Shown: piece by piece, positions 61,923-64,000 of the stretch
How the letters are laid out: the number at the start of each line of letters is the position of its first letter
Numbering within the stretch: the first letter of the stretch is position 1
From: Basidiobolus meristosporus CBS 931.73
Taxonomy: Eukaryota; Fungi; Basidiobolomycota
Assembly: GCA_002104905.1 (NCBI GenBank)
Contig: MCFE01000212.1
Span: 1-64,000, forward strand
DNA length: 64,000 bases
Direction of reading: 5' to 3'
Notes under the pieces: model-generated
Told to the model about the DNA's origin: nothing
The model's input: only the letters and a program-made list of their open reading frames with translations
Database searches by the model: none
Program-made: the position numbers and the translations under genes

Positions 61923-64000
61923 TAGACTTGTTCCATTGTACCATGCCAGGGTTTGCAGTGCAATCTATGGTGTGAAAGAACAATTGGGTGCAATATTGTA
62001 GCTACCAGTAGGCAGGATTGCTGTTGGACAATTTTGCACTATGTGGGACAATCTTGCACACTATGGCACATTCTGACACAATGAGGTTGGCACATGCAAT
62101 TGCGCCAACTTGTAATGTTTGCATCTCATGCTAAATTGGAAACTGCTGTTATAGTAGGTAAAACCTGGTATTTGGATATGTTTATTGAATTTGATTGGAG
62201 ATTAATGCGTATCACATTATAAACTACACTGATACTTCCCATTTTAGTTACCATCAATCCGATTGGATGGTATCTCAGTGGTTCACTGGCCCAAAAGTGT
62301 CCCAAAGCTGTCAGCCCACAATTGGTTCTTTGGCCAATACACAAGCTACCTGATTGTCCATCAAATATCCCATTTTGCCTATTAAGCAAGTAAATCCATG
62401 ATCCTAGTGATTGGACAAGGTGTCATAGCTAGCATGCCACCAATTGTATAGGTGCAAGTCAGATCAAATGGCTGCACTGTTGCCACAGATGATGTATATA
62501 TATACAGGGTGTTCATATACAGGGGTCCTGTCCCAAATGTGAGACAATCTTGATATTACTTATATCAGATATTGAGTGATAACTGATTTGCAATGGCTTG
62601 ATGCGGATTGCAAAAAAAATGTGTTGTTTGGATCATTACAAATAATAGCTATTCAATGCAATTGCATCATCTTCTTCAAGGTTTTTATCTCATTGGGATT
62701 ACTACTGAAGCATTTGTTAGTGTTTCACTTTGCATATCTAAACTACTTTCTGGTGACTATCCTCTTGACTACTTGTGTATTTGTAGTCAGTATTTTGCCT
62801 CCTAGCTGATGAGTGCAATGCTGCAGCTTGGCCGTGCTGAATTGCTCCTGATGATGCACCTGAGCTGGCCTGCAATGCTGTGTGCTGATGTGTTCTCTTA
62901 CTTGCCAAAGGCACTTGTGGTGGAGGCACTTCATGTGGGTCATCATCAGTCAGTTCACCAGAAGAAACTAGCTGATGGCCAGGTGTAGTGGCATACACAA
63001 ATGTGACTTGATATGCTGGCATAGCCCTTAGCTGAACTTGATGTGATGCGGCTTGTTGACACAACTTGGCCTGCTCCAATGGACTTCCAGCAAGCCATGC
63101 TGGTGCAATCTGGACACTGTTGCTTGCGGTCTGTATTCTTGCCCTTAAAGCTCACCTTCTGATTCCTCAAGGTATTCACTTACCCTCTCTGATACTTTGG
63201 AACTGTTTCTTGGATGAGTCCTGTGTATATTGCTCTTGGAAGCCACTTAGCTCTACTGATATATCAAGTAATACATTAGTCATTTGAGGCAAAACCTCAT
63301 TCAAATCTCTTTGGTTCTCAAAGTTGAGGCACAAATGGACATGTTTGGCTTGTACTGAGCAAACTGGGTGCAAAATTGCTCACGCATGGCTTCCTCATCA
63401 AATCCCCTCACTATCAGTTCATTCTTGATTTCAATACTTTTCTTGGTTTATATCTTCTTGCATATATCTGCTGCCATCTTGATGTAGAGCTCATGCCACA
63501 GCTTTCTACTCAGGTTCTTCCATTGCTGTTGACTCTCCAAGGTATCTAGTTCTGCTAGATTAATGAGCAGTGCCCAAATATCTGTTTGAATGCTCATCAT
63601 AGACACTTTGACCATACTGAAATCACTTAGCATGAACTCAAACAGATCCAACATTGACTTTTCTGGTCCAGACTACACTTGTGAGCTGGGGGATGGATTT
63701 TTTCTGGATTGTACTAAAGATGAGTTGAGGCTTGGTATAGGGACCATGGTGACAGATTTGGATACTTATACAGTAGTGTATTGATATCAACCTGGTCTTA
63801 TATGAAATATAAATGAGATCCAATGTGATTATTGAATTTTCCATGTATTATGCATGATGCCTCTTGGATTGCATTAACACAGATCAGATCACATCAATTG
63901 CAGATTTCCTATTTCACTCCAGACTTGTGAGTAAAACACCAATAAAAATATCAAGTCATTGTTTGAGAATGATTTTTTCAACATAATAATGGGATACATG
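61923..64000 (-). mobile_element. Family Y TIR transposon, second copy (right end intact, runs off the window)
   Basis: TAGACTTGTTCC at 61923. 62100-63850 is homologous to 34083-35945 inverted. Confidence 0.6.

Overview
Eukaryotic DNA, most likely from an early-diverging fungus (inferred from ~55-85 nt GT-AG introns and gene content; not proven). The window has three compartments. (1) 1-8.2 kb: AT-rich, CpG-depleted LTR-retrotransposon debris, with a gag-less Ty3/gypsy element inside a Ty1/copia element. (2) ~8.6-28.8 kb: a GC- and CpG-rich island of 12 apparently intact genes (CPS1-like GT2 synthase, coiled-coil orphan, kinase-less MAD3, alpha-arrestin, two head-to-head DUF4203/TMEM198 paralogues, GGC1, RPS27, C2H2 transcription factor, HPC2/ubinuclein, Tsp2-like tetraspanin, FRG1), followed by a decaying serine dehydratase. 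(3) 29-64 kb: a CpG-depleted transposon graveyard with two copia families (two TSD-bounded copies, a TSD-bounded solo LTR, fragments), a ~9.8-kb gypsy span hosting further insertions, two CACTA/Tnp2-like transposase relics, weak L1-like relics and two unnamed repeat families. The most unusual signal is an unclassified terminal-inverted-repeat family ending in TAGACTTGTTC. It appears as a 735-bp almost fully palindromic fold-back inserted in a gypsy RT and as >2-kb copies carrying a decayed ORF I do not recognise. No CRISPR, rRNA or tRNA was recognised. All alignments and splice models were made by eye, so boundaries given as approximate may be off by tens of bases.
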